From the NCBI GenBank assembly GCA_965219495.1, contig OZ244777.1, positions 4,150,419 to 4,214,418 of the forward strand: a stretch of 64,000 nt of DNA, given 5' to 3'. Below are positions 61,610 through 64,000 of the stretch, piece after piece. A program made the translations under genes and the position numbers. How positions within the stretch are numbered: the first letter of the stretch is position 1; each line of letters opens with the position of its first letter. The notes under the pieces are model-generated. The model made no database searches and had not been told where the DNA came from. It was given only the letters and a program-made list of their open reading frames with translations. The stretch comes from Rhodobacterales bacterium (GTDB lineage: Bacteria; Pseudomonadota; Alphaproteobacteria; Rhodobacterales; CAZPXZ01).

Positions 61610-62016
61610 AGGCAGAAAAGTAGCAACCGATTGCTACCTTGTCAATCTCCATCGCACGAAAGGTTCCGCAAACTGGGAAACCGACGCCACAAGAGGCGCT
61701 CAATCGCCCCCTCGGGCTACTCGACGGTTATCCGGCGCGAGCCCGTTGGGTACGGGCAATCGCACCCCTACATCCCACGGAGGTTTGCGCGTCACACTCA
61801 ACCGTATCGGTCCCGACGGAGGGCACCGCTTTGGCTGGAGCGAATTATAGACTAGGTCGACGCTGGTATTTTGTCGGTCCCACCGAGGAGGCCCGTAGTT
61901 TCCGCGGAGCAACGGCTCGTGAGTGTCGCTTCGATGAGACTCTGCGGCGCCATATCGCCCGAAAATGATGCCCCCGTTAGGTGGGGCGTGCCCGGTGGCG
62001 AGGTTCGAGGTTCAGG

Positions 62017-62724
62017 ATGAGCAAACGACCGAGGAAACTACCGCGCGTCGAACTCCTGAACGTTCCCTCTCACCGCCAAGGAGCATTCGACAATCTTTGC
62101 GTCTACTACACGGCCGCGATGATGCTGTCCGCGCTGTTTCCAGAGTACACGAGGCGATCCGGTGAGAACGCTCGGGAGAGAGCGACCAGGAACCTGTCCA
62201 ACGATCCACTCATCACGAACTACGGTGGCCAAGACGACCACCAGCGGATTCTGGCGAGATGGTACTATCAGGGAGAATACATCAGCAAGGCTTCGACCAT
62301 CTTGAATCGGATCAGGCAATAGGACGGCAAGAGCACGAGGTTCAAGTGCGAAGACGAGACCGCCCATGACAATACGTTCCGCGATGTGATCGCGGGCAGT
62401 ATTGATCTCGGCTTGTCGGTCATGCTCGGGTGGAGCACACCCGACTACGGTAACCACGCTGTTTTGGTAACCGGGTACCGGGAAGGTAGCGAGAAATGGC
62501 TTCTCATCAACGATCCGGCGGGAGACGCACATCAGATCAGCTGGGATTCGCTCAAGCAGCAGAAAAGGGAAAATCTTGAGGTCGGCCTGTGCGATCCGAC
62601 GACCCATGTTGGCTACCGACCGCTGAAGAGATGCGAAGCCGCTCCAGGCCGGGCGCCGATCATCAGTCGTTGGACGTGCAAGGGGTACAAGCCGGTCGAG
62701 CACGATTTTGGCGGATACTCGTGA
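62017..62724 (+). pseudogene. C39/papain-like cysteine peptidase with one in-frame TAG
   Basis: Q...LCVY, NHAVLVTGY, INDP; the two ORFs share a frame across TAG 62320-22. Confidence 0.7.
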
Positions 62725-62915
62725 ACCAGACACTCAGTCAGCATCGGACACAGTTCGACCGTCGAATGTTGTCAGCACTCGACCATCGCCGTCAATTCAC
62801 CAGACTGCGATGGCTCAGATATCGGTGTGCCCAGAACCGCAGCGACCGGAACGCTCGCCTCCCCGCGATCCCGGACGCAATGCTTGTCCGCGCTCACGAC
62901 TTAGAATATGTCAAC

Positions 62916-63205
62916 TTAGTCGGGGTCTTGAATCCCCTTCGCGAGACAGGCTCTGAGTTTCCTTGCTTGGCAAATCGGCGATAGTTCGTCGTCCTCCAGA
63001 ACCTTCAGGTTGAATTCGAAGAATTGATTCTTCACCAGCGGGTACGCATCGGCTGCGCACCACTTGTGCCATATCATCGTTGCCAGTTCTGCTAACGCGC
63101 TGAAGTAGTCCTCATCCATTCCCTGGGGGAAACCGCCCAGTTCGATATCCGCCAACCGCGTAGGGAGGTCATTGTGAGCGATGATCTTGTCGCGGGCAGG
63201 TCTTA
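62916..63205 (-). pseudogene. C-terminal piece of an AbiU2/HEPN-like gene cut by IS5
   Basis: RDKIIAHND R-x4-H motif; frame begins at the IS5 end. Confidence 0.55.
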
Positions 63206-64000
63206 GAGTTTGACCCAAAACTATTGAGTGGCTTCGACATGTGGTATTTTCCATACAGTTTAAACACGAAATATGGAGAGCACCCATGCCTTGGAATGAA
63301 ACCACTTGCGTTGAGTATAAGCGCCCCTCGTCTCGTTACGAGTCGGATTTGATGGATGCGGAATGGTCGCTGTTGGAACCCCATCTTCCGGGACCGGCTT
63401 CGACCGGTCGTCCCCGCACCACGGACCTTCGGGAAGTCTTGAACGCGATCCTGTACATGGCCAGCACAGGTTGCCAATGGCGCGCCTTACCCAAGGATTT
63501 TCCACCGTTTACGATGGTTCAGAACTATTTCTACGGCTGGTCGAAAGGGGGACGGATGGGGGTCATTCTGCGGTCGCTTCGGCGGGCGGCGCGTCTCGAT
63601 GCGGGACGCGCGGAAGAGCCGACGGCGGGTGCGATTGATAGCCAGAGCGCCAAGACCACCGAGAGCGGAGGACCGCGCGGTTACGACGCCGGCAAGAAGG
63701 TGAAGGGCCGCAAGCGCCACCTTGTGGTGGATACGGAAGGGAACCCGCTGGCGGTTCAGATTCATGCGGCGAGCATTCAGGATCGGGACAGCGCGCCGGA
63801 CGTGTTGGAAGAGGCGGCCGCGTGCTGCCCGACGTTGCAGGCGTTGTTCGCGGATGGGGGCTACACGGGCTCGAAACTTGCGGCGTCCCTGCGCGACCGC
63901 AGCCTGGATCTGGATCTCATCATCGTTTCCAAGCCCCCGGGAAGCAAGGGTTTTGCGGTTCTCCCCCGCCGTTGGGTGGTGGAACGGACTCTTGCCTGGC
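63206..64000 (+). mobile_element. IS5-family element, copy 2 (runs off the window; transposase starts at 63286)
   Basis: Same left end GAGTTTGACC and a closely related transposase to 19002-19853, with scattered substitutions. Confidence 0.9.

Overview
GC-rich, probably alphaproteobacterial accessory region (taxon inferred from protein style and the tRNA-fMet fragments). No rRNA, complete tRNA or CRISPR array was seen. 0.35-5.6 kb: amine-catabolic genes (GntR, class III aminotransferase, aldehyde dehydrogenase, HcnA/B-like remnants). 6-9 kb: IS30 scrap, two decaying toxin-antitoxin pairs and an ~820-bp non-coding repeat. 9.6-13.4 kb: frameshifted dpaL and D-carbamoylase genes plus an intact 500-aa PLP enzyme. 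13.5-41 kb: a ~27-kb segment bounded by two 3' fragments of tRNA-fMet. It holds a glycosylase-like gene, HEPN-like genes, topA/HU, a pentapeptide-FRG gene split by IS5, an ISKra4 split by a DUF4338-IS4, Fic, a tyrosine integrase, IS66, and a Mu-like transposase/ATPase/helicase/primase module interrupted by a large-serine-recombinase (LSR) element. 41-64 kb: ISNCY, YhaN remnant, RloC-like ATPase, PIN pair, 1364-aa STAND-nuclease, DUF2971, a second DUF4338-IS4, VapBC, a C39-like peptidase and a second IS5. Strongest leads: (1) the LSR element, whose first gene gains an RBS and ATG only when the element circularises, and which sits in a transposase active-site motif; (2) the transposase-primase-helicase module; (3) the DUF4338/DruA-IS4 fusion. 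All family assignments come from motif recognition by eye, not from database searches.
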